64,000 nucleotides of DNA from an uncultured Acidobacteriota bacterium (GTDB lineage: Bacteria > Acidobacteriota > Thermoanaerobaculia > UBA5066 > Gp7-AA6): positions 64,001-128,000 of the forward strand of contig CAVXTP010000015.1 of assembly GCA_963764715.1 (NCBI GenBank), in the 5' to 3' direction. Below the pieces are notes generated by a model. It was not told the origin of the DNA. It saw only the letters and a list, made by a program, of their open reading frames with translations, and ran no database searches. The first letter of the stretch is position 1; every line of letters begins with the position of its first letter. This document shows positions 9,757-18,060 of this stretch, piece by piece. The position numbers were made by a program, and so were the translations under genes.

Positions 9757-11880
9757 CTAGAACGCCGCGACCTTGTCGAGGGCCTTCCGAACGTGCGACG
9801 CCTGCGGAAGGATGAAGTCCTCGACCCGGGGCTGGTAGGCCACGAACGTGTCGGTCGCCGCCACGCGCTCGACCGGCGCATCCAGATACGAAAACAGCTC
9901 GGAAGAGATTCGGGCCGCGATCTCGGCGCCGTAGCCCCAGGACATCGGGTCTTCGTAGACCACGATCGCGCGGGAGGTCTTCTCGACCGAGGTGACGATG
10001 GCGTCCCAATCATAAGGCGAGAGCGTCCGCAGGTCGAGGATTTCGACCGTCTTCCCGGTCTCCTCGGTGAACGCCTTCGCCGCCTGCCACGAGCGGTACA
10101 CCGTGGCCCCGTAGGTCACGATCGTGACGTCGGCGCCTTCCTGGACGACCGATGCCTTGCCGAAGGGGATCATGTAATCCGGGCCGGGGTAGACGCCCTT
10201 GTTGTGCGTCTGGCGGTAGAGATGCTTGTGCTCCATGAAGATGACGGGGTCGTCGCAGCGGATGGCGGTGCGCAGCAGCCCGTTGGCGTCGAGGGCGTTC
10301 GACGGCATGACGACCCGCAGCCCCGGGTTGTGCGTCATCAACACGGCGCCCGACTGCGAGTGGTAGACCGCGCCGCCGCCGATGTAGCCGCCCGCGGCGA
10401 CGCGCACGACGACGGGGCACGAGAAGGAGTTGCCCGAGCGCCACCGCATGTTCGAGAGCTCGTTGCGGATCTGCATGTAGGCCGGCCAGATGTAGTCGTA
10501 GAACTGGATCTCGACGACGGGCTTCAACCCGCGGACCGCCATTCCGATGGCGCGGCCGAGGATGTTGGCCTCGGCGAGCGGGGAATTGAAGACGCGGTCC
10601 GAGCCGTACAGCCTCTGGAGGCCGGCGGTCACCTTGAAGACGCCGCCCTTGCCCTTGCACTCGTCGAGGACCGTGTCGCGCGACGCGTCGGCCACGTCTT
10701 CGCCGAAGACGACCATGCGCGGGTTCGCCTTCATCTCGTCCTTGAGGCACGCGTTGATGAGGTCGACCATCGTCGTCGGCTGCGCGCCCTCGGCGTACGC
10801 CGGCGAGGTCGAGAACGCCGGGCCCGTCGGATCCACGTCCGGCGAGTAAACGAAGTCGTAGGCGGACTCGGGCTCCGGGATCGGGGCAGCGAGGGCGCGG
10901 TCGGCGGCTTCGTTGATCTCGGCGTCGACCTCCGCGTGGAGCCGCTCGAGCTCCGCGTCGGAGAGCAGGCCCTCGGCGAGGAGGAACTTCGAGAGGCGGT
11001 TGACGGGATCGCGCTCGAGCTCCCGGTCGCGCTCGGCCTTCGGACGATAGTTGGCCTCGTCGTCGGAGAGCGAGTGGCTGTAGGGGCGGATCACGTGGGC
11101 GTGCACGAAGGCCGGGCCCATCCGCTTGCGGCAGTACTCCGCCGCATAGCGCATCGCGTCGTAGGACTCCAGGAAGTCCGTCCCGTCGACCTCGGCGACG
11201 AAGAGGTTCGGGAAGCTCCGCACGAGCTTCGAGATCGATCCGCCGGGGGTGTTGACCTCGACCGGCACCGAGATGGCGTAGCCGTTGTCCTCGATGACGA
11301 ACACCACGGGCAGCTTCAGATTGCTCGCCGAGGAGAGGGCCTCCCAGAACTCCCCTTCGGAAGTCTGCCCTTCACCCCCCGAGACGTAAGCGACCTCGTC
11401 CCTCTGAAAAGAGGAGGCCCCCTCCCCTGCGAGCGCTGGGATCCGGCTCATGCGCCAGCCGGCCTCGGCGGCGCCGACCGCGTGGAGGAACTGCGTCCCG
11501 GTGCACGAAGACTTGGAGATGATGTTCAGCCGCTTGGATCCCCAGTGGGCCGGCATCTGGCGCCCGGCGGAGGCCGGATCGTCCTTCGCCCCGACCGACT
11601 GGAGGAACATCTCGTAGGGGGTGACCCCGAGCTGGAGGACGAGCGCCCGGTCCCGGTAGTAGCCGTCGAACCAGTCGTATCCGGGCTTCAAGACCATGCC
11701 GGCCGCCGTGCCGATCGCCTCGTGGCCGGCGCTGTTGATCTGAAAATAGATCTTGTTCTGGCGCTTGAGCTGGATCTCTTTGTCGTCGAAACGACGGGAA
11801 AGATAGATGTTGCGGTAGGCGGCGATCAGCGCCTGCGGATCGAGGCCGCGGTATCTCTCGGTTCGGACCTCGGTCGCCAT
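9757..11880 (-). CDS. 2-oxoacid (branched-chain type) dehydrogenase E1, fused alpha/beta subunits
   Basis: AGHEA, YYRD, TPP-binding [11 protein letters not shown]...[38 protein letters not shown]. Confidence 0.92.
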   Translation of the reverse strand: MATEVRTERYRGLDPQALIAAYRNIYLSRRFDDKEIQLKRQNKIYFQINSAGHEAIGTAAGMVLKPGYDWFDGYYRDRALVLQLGVTPYEMFLQSVGAKDDPASAGRQMPAHWGSKRLNIISKSSCTGTQFLHAVGAAEAGWRMSRIPALAGEGASSFQRDEVAYVSGGEGQTSEGEFWEALSSASNLKLPVVFVIEDNGYAISVPVEVNTPGGSISKLVRSFPNLFVAEVDGTDFLESYDAMRYAAEYCRKRMGPAFVHAHVIRPYSHSLSDDEANYRPKAERDRELERDPVNRLSKFLLAEGLLSDAELERLHAEVDAEINEAADRALAAPIPEPESAYDFVYSPDVDPTGPAFSTSPAYAEGAQPTTMVDLINACLKDEMKANPRMVVFGEDVADASRDTVLDECKGKGGVFKVTAGLQRLYGSDRVFNSPLAEANILGRAIGMAVRGLKPVVEIQFYDYIWPAYMQIRNELSNMRWRSGNSFSCPVVVRVAAGGYIGGGAVYHSQSGAVLMTHNPGLRVVMPSNALDANGLLRTAIRCDDPVIFMEHKHLYRQTHNKGVYPGPDYMIPFGKASVVQEGADVTIVTYGATVYRSWQAAKAFTEETGKTVEILDLRTLSPYDWDAIVTSVEKTSRAIVVYEDPMSWGYGAEIAARISSELFSYLDAPVERVAATDTFVAYQPRVEDFILPQASHVRKALDKVAAF

Positions 11881-11950
11881 CTCGCCTCCGGCGGCGAATA
11901 TACCAAAGGGGTTCGGAGGGGCCGCGTGGCGCAAGGCACGCGGACGGCAG

Positions 11951-12067
11951 CTAGAAAAGCTTGACGAAGCCCCAGAGCTCGAGGGCCGCCAGGCCCAGCG
12001 TCACGACCAGGAACACGACGGCTTTGACGTCCAGCCTGGGGTCGGAATGCAGATGCTCGGAGCTCAC
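11951..12067 (-). CDS. Small single-TM membrane peptide (38 aa)
   Basis: [38 protein letters not shown]; mostly G/C third codon positions; below the ORF-track cutoff. Confidence 0.6.
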   Translation of the reverse strand: MSSEHLHSDPRLDVKAVVFLVVTLGLAALELWGFVKLF

Positions 12068-12079
12068 GGCTTTTTGGGT

Positions 12080-12095
12080 TGCAGAACTTGTGCCA
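12080..12095 (-). promoter_or_regulatory. Sigma-54 (-24/-12) promoter
   Basis: TGGCACAAGTTCTGCA versus consensus TGGCAC-N5-TTGCW (one mismatch). Confidence 0.6.
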
Positions 12096-12161
12096 CCGAC
12101 GAGAGTTACGAGTGGAAGGGTCAAAACGTTTACGCCGGCCCCTTGCTATGCTTCGCCTCCC

Positions 12162-13199
12162 ATGAGCTCGGTGCCGGGAGTGCCCTCCTATCCGGGGTTT
12201 CCGCCGCGGCCGGCGCCGCCGGACCTCTCGACGATCGATCCGCGCCTCGACCTCGAGGCCGCGATCCGGAATCTCAAGCGACAAAAAAATGCAGTCCTGC
12301 TGGCCCACTACTACCAGGAAGAGGCCATCCAGGATCTGGCCGACTTCGTCGGAGACTCGCTCGACCTCTCCCGCCGCGCCCAGCAGAGCGACGCGAAGAT
12401 CATCGCCTTCGCCGGCGTGCGCTTCATGGCGGAGACGGCCAAGATCCTCAACCCCACCCGCAAGGTCGTCCTCCCGGACTACGAGGCGGGCTGCTCGCTC
12501 GAAGACTCCTGCCCGCCGGAGGCCTTCCGGCGCTGGCGCGAGGACCACCCGGGCGCGGTCTCGCTGACGTACATCAACTGCTCCGCCGCCGTGAAGGCGC
12601 TCTCGGACATCATCGTGACGTCTTCGAACGCCGAGAAGATCGTCCGCTCGATCCCCGCCGACCAGGAGATCCTGTTCGCGCCGGACAAGCACCTCGGGGG
12701 GTTCCTGGCGAAGAAGCTCGATCGCCCGATGACCCTCTGGCCGGGCACCTGCATCGTCCACGAGCAGTTCTCGGAGCGGGAGATCCTGAAGCTCAAGGCG
12801 AAGCATCCCGACGCGAAGCTCGCCGCGCACCCCGAATGCCCCGAGGCGATCCTCAAGTACGCCGACCACGTCGGCTCGACGCGCTCGATCCTGAACTACG
12901 TGACGACGGCGCAGTTCCGGACGTTCCTCATCGCAACCGAGGAAGGGATCATCCACCAGATGAAGAAGCTCGCGCCCGACCGCGAGTACATCCCGGTCCC
13001 TCCCGACAACGGCTGCCGCTGCAACGAGTGCCCCTTCATGAAGCTCAATACGCTCGAGAAGCTCTACCTGTGCCTGCGCGACGAGCGGCCCGAGATCATC
13101 CTGCCCGAGGATCTCCGCAAGGCCGCCGAGAAGCCGCTGCTCCGAATGCTCGAGCTTGTCCTGAAACCGGACCGCAGGCGACCTAGGGCCAGTACGTAG
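12162..13199 (+). CDS. nadA: Quinolinate synthase
   Basis: LAHYYQ, GDSL, GVRFMAETAKILNP, AGCSL, YINCSA, CIVH, HPEC, CPFMK. Confidence 0.96.
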   Translation: MSSVPGVPSYPGFPPRPAPPDLSTIDPRLDLEAAIRNLKRQKNAVLLAHYYQEEAIQDLADFVGDSLDLSRRAQQSDAKIIAFAGVRFMAETAKILNPTRKVVLPDYEAGCSLEDSCPPEAFRRWREDHPGAVSLTYINCSAAVKALSDIIVTSSNAEKIVRSIPADQEILFAPDKHLGGFLAKKLDRPMTLWPGTCIVHEQFSEREILKLKAKHPDAKLAAHPECPEAILKYADHVGSTRSILNYVTTAQFRTFLIATEEGIIHQMKKLAPDREYIPVPPDNGCRCNECPFMKLNTLEKLYLCLRDERPEIILPEDLRKAAEKPLLRMLELVLKPDRRRPRAST

Positions 13200-13350
13200 G
13201 GGCGCCCCTTGCGGGCGCCCCCTCCGCCGCGAATCGAGAAGCGGCACCCGCCTCGGCGCGCCGTGAGAGGGCGGGGGCGGTCCGGCCACCGAAGGCAAAC
13301 CCCCAGCAGTAGGAGACGCCGTCCGCAGGACGGCGACAACCCGCCCCTAC
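13196..13350. repeat. GTAG-REP doublet; the second REP carries a nested 64-nt cassette (13279-13342)
   Basis: gtaggggcgccccttgcgggcgccc ... gggcgggggc[ggtccggccaccgaagg...gacaaccc]gcccctac. Confidence 0.85.
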
Positions 13351-13408
13351 GCCCGGGGAAGGACTCGCTCACGTCGACGCGTCCCTGACTCCGATATCCT
13401 CCGCGGCC

Positions 13409-14269
13409 ATGGAGCCCTTGTCCGCCGAGGCGCTCGACGACTGTCTGCGCCGGTTTCTCGCCGAGGACGTGGGCGGCCGGGACGTCACGACGGAGGCGAC
13501 GGTTTCCGCCGGCACCCGCACGCGCGGCGAGCTCGTCGCGAAGTCCGCGTGCGTCGTCTCCGGGTTGCCGGTCGCCCGCCGTGTCTTCGAGCTCCTCGAC
13601 CCGGAGCTCGGCTGGAGCGACGAGGCGGCCGCCGGGGTCGCAGTGACGGCCCCGACGACGCTCGCCCGGCTCTCCGGGCGCGCCCGCGCCATCCTGACGG
13701 CCGAGCGGGTGGCCCTGAACCTCCTCCAGCGCATGTGCGGGATCGCGACGGCGACCCGTCGCTTCGTCGATGCGGTCGCGGGAACGCCCTGCCAGGTCCT
13801 GGACACCCGGAAGACCGCGCCGGGGCTTCGCCCCTTCGACCGGCAGGCCGTCCGGGACGGGGGCGGCCGGAATCACCGGTACGATCTGGCCCACATGGTC
13901 CTCATCAAGGACAACCACCGGCGGCTGGCCGGGGGCGTCGAGCGCGCCGTCGCGGCCGCGAAGGCGCTGGCGCCGGCCGCCCGGCCGCTCGAGGTCGAAG
14001 TGGAGGTCGAGTCCGAAGAGGACCTCGCCCGGGCGCTCTCCGCGGGCGCCGACCGGATCCTGATCGACAACCAGAGCCCCGAGACGGTGGCGCGGTGGTG
14101 CGCCGCGGCCCGCCGCGCCGGCCGCCCGGTCTTCGTCGAGGCCTCGGGCAACATGAACCTCTCGACCGTGCGCGCCTACGCCCTGGCCGGCGTCGACGCG
14201 GTCTCGGTGGGCGCGCTGACGCACTCGGTCGTCGCGGCCGACGTCTCGCTCGAGCTCGACCTCGCATGA
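13409..14269 (+). CDS. nadC: Nicotinate-nucleotide diphosphorylase (QPRTase)
   Basis: ED...DVTT, ERVALN, DTRKT.PG, NHR, LIKDNH, EVEVE, IDN, EASG, SVGALTHS. Confidence 0.96.
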   Translation: MEPLSAEALDDCLRRFLAEDVGGRDVTTEATVSAGTRTRGELVAKSACVVSGLPVARRVFELLDPELGWSDEAAAGVAVTAPTTLARLSGRARAILTAERVALNLLQRMCGIATATRRFVDAVAGTPCQVLDTRKTAPGLRPFDRQAVRDGGGRNHRYDLAHMVLIKDNHRRLAGGVERAVAAAKALAPAARPLEVEVEVESEEDLARALSAGADRILIDNQSPETVARWCAAARRAGRPVFVEASGNMNLSTVRAYALAGVDAVSVGALTHSVVAADVSLELDLA

Positions 14270-15825
14270 CCGCCGAGACGACCGACGTCCTCGTCCTCGG
14301 CACGGGTGTCGCGGGTTGCACCGCGGCGCTCGCCGCGGCGCGCGACGGCGCCTCGGTCACCCTCGTCACGCGCGCGAACGAAGCCCGCGAGTCCAACACC
14401 CTGTACGCCCAGGGCGGCATCGTCGCGCGGCCCCCCGGCGACTCCCCCGAAAGGCTCGCCGCCGACATCGAGCGCGCCGGCGACGGCATCTGCTCGCCCG
14501 AGGCCGTCGCGCTGATCGCGCGGGAGGGCCCCGATCTCGTCCAGAAGCTCCTCGTCGAGGAGCTCCAGGTCCCTTTCGACCGCGAAGGCGCCGGTTTCCA
14601 CTGGACGCTCGAGGGGGCGCACGGGGTTCCGCGGGTCCTCCACGTCAAGGACGAGACGGGCGCCCCGATCGAACGGGCTCTCGTCGAGGCCTGTCGCCGC
14701 GAGAAGAACATTCGGTGGCTCCTCGAGACGACGGCCGTCGATCTCCTCACCCTGTCCCACGACTCGGTCGATCCGACCGACCGGTATCACCCGCCGGTCG
14801 TCATCGGCGCCCACCTGCTCGAGCGCAAGAACGGCGGCACCGTCACGCCCTGCCTGGCGCGCGAGACCATCCTCGCGACCGGGGGCCTCGGCCAGGTGTA
14901 TCTGCACACGACGAACCCTCCCGGCGCCCGCGGCGACGGCTTCGCGATGGCGCGTCGCGCCGGGGCGCGGTTGCTCAACCTCGAGTACGTCCAGTTTCAC
15001 CCGACGGCGCTCGTCCACGCCAGGGGCCGGCTGCTCCTGACCGAGGCGCTTCGCGGCGAGGGCGCCCGGATCACGGACGCCAACGGCAAGGAGTTCCTGA
15101 GGGAGATCCATCCCGACGGCGAGCTCGCGCCGCGCGACGTCGTCGCCCGCGCGATCCACCAGCGGATGCTGGAACGCGACGAGCCGTACGCCCTGCTCGA
15201 CATCTCGCACAAGAGCGCCGCCTGGGTGGAGCAGCGCTTTCCGACCCTCGTCGCCCGCTGCCGCGAGCTCGGCTTCGACCTGACGGCCGGTCCGGTCCCG
15301 GTCGTGCCGGCCGCGCACTACGCCTGCGGGGGCGTCGCGGTCGACTCCAACGGCCGCACGACCCTCGGGCACCTCCGCGCCGTCGGCGAGGTCTCCTGCA
15401 CGGGCGTGCACGGCGCCAACCGCCTCGCCTCGACGTCGCTCCTCGAAGGGCTCCTCTGGGGTTGGCGCGCCGGGAGGGCCGCCGCGCGGGAGGCCGAGCG
15501 GCTTCGCCCGCGCCCCTACCCGGAGGTGAGGCCGTGGCAGCCGGAGAACGAGCCCGTCGACCCGGCCCTGATCGCGCAGGACTGGATGGTCATCCGCCAC
15601 ACGATGTGGAACTACGTCGGGCTGCTGCGCTCGGAGCGCCGGCTCGACCGCGCCCGCCGCATCCTCGGCGAGCTCCGGGAGGAGATCGAGAACTTCTACC
15701 GGCGCGGCACGATGTCGGACGCGCTCCTCGGCCTGCGCAACGGCGTCCAGACCGCCCTCGCCATCCACCGCGCCGCCTCGGACAACCGCGTGTCCCGGGG
15801 CTGCCATTACAGGGTCGACGGGTAG
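14266..15825 (+). CDS. nadB: L-aspartate oxidase
   Basis: GTGVAG, AQGGI, EGAH, QFHPT, EALRGEG, LAPRDVV, AAHY..GG, HGANRLASTSLLE. Confidence 0.95.
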   Translation: MTAETTDVLVLGTGVAGCTAALAAARDGASVTLVTRANEARESNTLYAQGGIVARPPGDSPERLAADIERAGDGICSPEAVALIAREGPDLVQKLLVEELQVPFDREGAGFHWTLEGAHGVPRVLHVKDETGAPIERALVEACRREKNIRWLLETTAVDLLTLSHDSVDPTDRYHPPVVIGAHLLERKNGGTVTPCLARETILATGGLGQVYLHTTNPPGARGDGFAMARRAGARLLNLEYVQFHPTALVHARGRLLLTEALRGEGARITDANGKEFLREIHPDGELAPRDVVARAIHQRMLERDEPYALLDISHKSAAWVEQRFPTLVARCRELGFDLTAGPVPVVPAAHYACGGVAVDSNGRTTLGHLRAVGEVSCTGVHGANRLASTSLLEGLLWGWRAGRAAAREAERLRPRPYPEVRPWQPENEPVDPALIAQDWMVIRHTMWNYVGLLRSERRLDRARRILGELREEIENFYRRGTMSDALLGLRNGVQTALAIHRAASDNRVSRGCHYRVDG

Positions 15826-15872
15826 AGCAAGCACCTCGTCCGTCCCTGGCGCGCCCGAGTGATTCATCCGTT

Positions 15873-16014
15873 CGCGGCGCGAATAGTCTCCCGACCGAAG
15901 GGAGGGAGGAGGTTCGCGCCGCGGGAGCGAAGCGAACGGCGGGGGTCAGGCGAGCGGTCGAGCCGGCATCCCGGCGAGCCGCTCGCCGGTGCGCAGCAGA
16001 CCCCCGGTGTTCGC
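15873..16014. other. Structured intergenic element (two long nested hairpins)
   Basis: cgcggcgcgaa/ttcgcgccgcg stem, then nested stems gcgaac/gttcgc, gggggtc/gaccccc, ggcgagcgg/ccgctcgcc, gccgg/ccggc. Confidence 0.5.
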
Positions 16015-16042
16015 GGAGCGACGGTATATAGTCCGCGCTGCT

Positions 16043-16612
16043 ATGAGCGTTCTGTACCTGCATTTCGAGACCGACGAACGGGCGTCCCGTCTCGCCAAGC
16101 TCCAGAAGAGCGGCGCCCACGTCGTCGTCGCCGAGCCCCGCTGGCCCGGCTTCTTCGAGCTCGCCAAGCGCGAAAAGCCCTATGCCATCGCGATCGACTT
16201 CTCCCAGGCCCCGTCCCACTCGCTCGAGACCGCGGACTACATGTCCAAGGCCCGGGAGACCAAGGACGCGGCCTACTTCCTGCTCCGCGTGCCGACCGAC
16301 CGGAAAGAGGCCGTCATGAAGCGGCTCCCGAAGGCCGAGCTCGTCACGGAAAACGAGCTTTCCGGACGGCTCGCGCTGATGGAGAAGGAAGCCGCCGAGC
16401 GGGCCCGTCAGAAGAAGGAAGCCGCGGCCGCCGCCAAGAAGGCGGCCCGGGCCGCCGGGGCGGCCGCCAAGGCCGCCGCCGCCGGCAAGCCCTTGAAGCC
16501 CGCCGCGCCGCCCGCCAAGGCGAAGCCCGCGTCGAAGGCCAAGGCCGCGCCCCCGAAGAAGACGGCGAAGAAACCCGCCGCGAAAAAACCCCAGCCCAAG
16601 AAAAAGAAGTAG
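16043..16612 (+). CDS. Hypothetical protein: receiver-like N-terminal domain plus Lys/Ala/Pro-rich histone-H1-like tail
   Basis: KPYAIAIDFS resembles REC beta3; tail KAKPASKAKAAPPKKTAKKPAAKKPQPKKKK. Confidence 0.7.
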   Translation: MSVLYLHFETDERASRLAKLQKSGAHVVVAEPRWPGFFELAKREKPYAIAIDFSQAPSHSLETADYMSKARETKDAAYFLLRVPTDRKEAVMKRLPKAELVTENELSGRLALMEKEAAERARQKKEAAAAAKKAARAAGAAAKAAAAGKPLKPAAPPAKAKPASKAKAAPPKKTAKKPAAKKPQPKKKK

Positions 16613-16625
16613 CGAGGAGCCGAGG

Positions 16626-17990
16626 ATGCCCGGATTCAACCGACAGGAGCTTCTGTCCTACGCCCGCGGCCGGCGCACCGAGTTCGAGGACGTCCTCAAG
16701 AAGATCGTCGAGATCCCCTCGGTCTCGGTCGAGCCGGAACGCAAGGGCGAGGTCCACCGCGCCGCCGAGTACGCGGTGTCGCTCCTCCAGTCGTTCGGGG
16801 CGAAGGCCCGCCTCTACGAGACGAAGGGCCACCCGATCGTCTACGGCCGCTTCGACCGCGGCCCGGACGCCCCGACCGTCACCGTCTACAACCATCTGGA
16901 CGTCCAGCCCGCCGAGGGGCCCGACTGGAACACGGCGCCGTTCTCGTTCATCCGCGAGGGCGACACGTATCGCGGCCGCGGCACGACCGACGACAAGGGG
17001 CCGGCGATGACCGCGCTCTTCGGCGCGCGGTACGCGTTCGAGCAGAAAGTCCCGGTGAACATCCACTTCCTCTGGGAGCTCGAGGAGGAGATCGGCAGCC
17101 CCAGCTTCGAGACCACGATCCGCGCCAACGCCAAGGAGTTCGCGACGGACTCCATCGTCGTCTGCGACACGGTCTGGGTCTCGCGCGCCCGGCCGGCCTG
17201 CCCGGCGGGCCTGCGCGGCCTCCAGGGATTCCGCTTCGAGCTCCAGACCGGCGAGACGGACCAGCACTCCGGCACGGCGGGCGGCGCGGCGCGCAATCCC
17301 GTGACCGAGCTCTGCCAGCTGATCGCCGAATGCGTCGACGGCAAGACCGGACGAGTCAAGATCCCCGGCTTCTACAAGGACGTCGCGCCTCCGACGAAGA
17401 AGGAGCTCGAGGACCTGAAGAAGTGCGGCTTCACCGTCAAGGACTTCAAGAAAGACCACCTCTTCCGCTCGCTCCGCGTCGACGACGCCATGGAGGTCAT
17501 GAAGCGGATCTGGATGATGCCGACCTTCGAGGTCCACGGCATCGCCGGCGGCTATCAGGGGCCCGGCGTCAAGACGATCATCCCGCCCAAGGCGACGGCG
17601 ATCATCTCCTGCCGTCTCGTGCCGAAGATGAGCGCGGCGAAGGTCGTCAAGCTCGTCAAGGCGTTCGTGAAGGACAGGAACCCCGACGTGAAGGTCTCGG
17701 CCGAGCACGAGCTGCCGCCCTACGAGGGCAAGACCACGGGGCCGTACGCCGACGCGATCCGCGGCGCGATGAAGTTCGCGTTCGGCAAGGAGCCGGTGTT
17801 CGTGCGCGAGGGCGGCTCGATCGGCGCGGTGCTCTCGATGGAAAAGGTCCTCAAGGCGCCGGTCTTCTTCCTCGGGCTCTCGCTTCCCGAGCACGGTTAC
17901 CACGCGCCCAACGAGAACTACGACTGGCCGCAGGCCGAGGGCGGCATCGCGGCGTTCGCGGACTACTTCCGGAGAGTCGCCGAGATGTAG
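16626..17990 (+). CDS. M20 family metallo-dipeptidase
   Basis: YNHLDVQP, GRGTTDDKG, EEEIGS, HSG, GGSI, HAPNE. Confidence 0.92.
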   Translation: MPGFNRQELLSYARGRRTEFEDVLKKIVEIPSVSVEPERKGEVHRAAEYAVSLLQSFGAKARLYETKGHPIVYGRFDRGPDAPTVTVYNHLDVQPAEGPDWNTAPFSFIREGDTYRGRGTTDDKGPAMTALFGARYAFEQKVPVNIHFLWELEEEIGSPSFETTIRANAKEFATDSIVVCDTVWVSRARPACPAGLRGLQGFRFELQTGETDQHSGTAGGAARNPVTELCQLIAECVDGKTGRVKIPGFYKDVAPPTKKELEDLKKCGFTVKDFKKDHLFRSLRVDDAMEVMKRIWMMPTFEVHGIAGGYQGPGVKTIIPPKATAIISCRLVPKMSAAKVVKLVKAFVKDRNPDVKVSAEHELPPYEGKTTGPYADAIRGAMKFAFGKEPVFVREGGSIGAVLSMEKVLKAPVFFLGLSLPEHGYHAPNENYDWPQAEGGIAAFADYFRRVAEM

Positions 17991-18047
17991 GGGCGGGGCT
18001 CGTCCCCGCCCTCCCCAGAATCGGGCGGCCGCAAGGGCCGCCCCTAC
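17987..18047. repeat. GTAG-REP doublet overlapping the M20 stop codon
   Basis: gtaggggcggggctcgtccccgccc ... gggcggccgcaagggccgcccctac. Confidence 0.9.
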
Positions 18048-18060
18048 GACCGGGGGAGTG

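Noticed and set aside
9757-11880. E1 alpha/beta fusion as a novelty
   Set aside because: Fused E1 is already known in several phyla.
11881-12161. NAD+-I (nadA motif) riboswitch, known from Acidobacteria
   Set aside because: No recognisable tandem aptamer. The region is occupied by a divergent small ORF, and a -10-like box (TATGCT) lies just before the nadA start.
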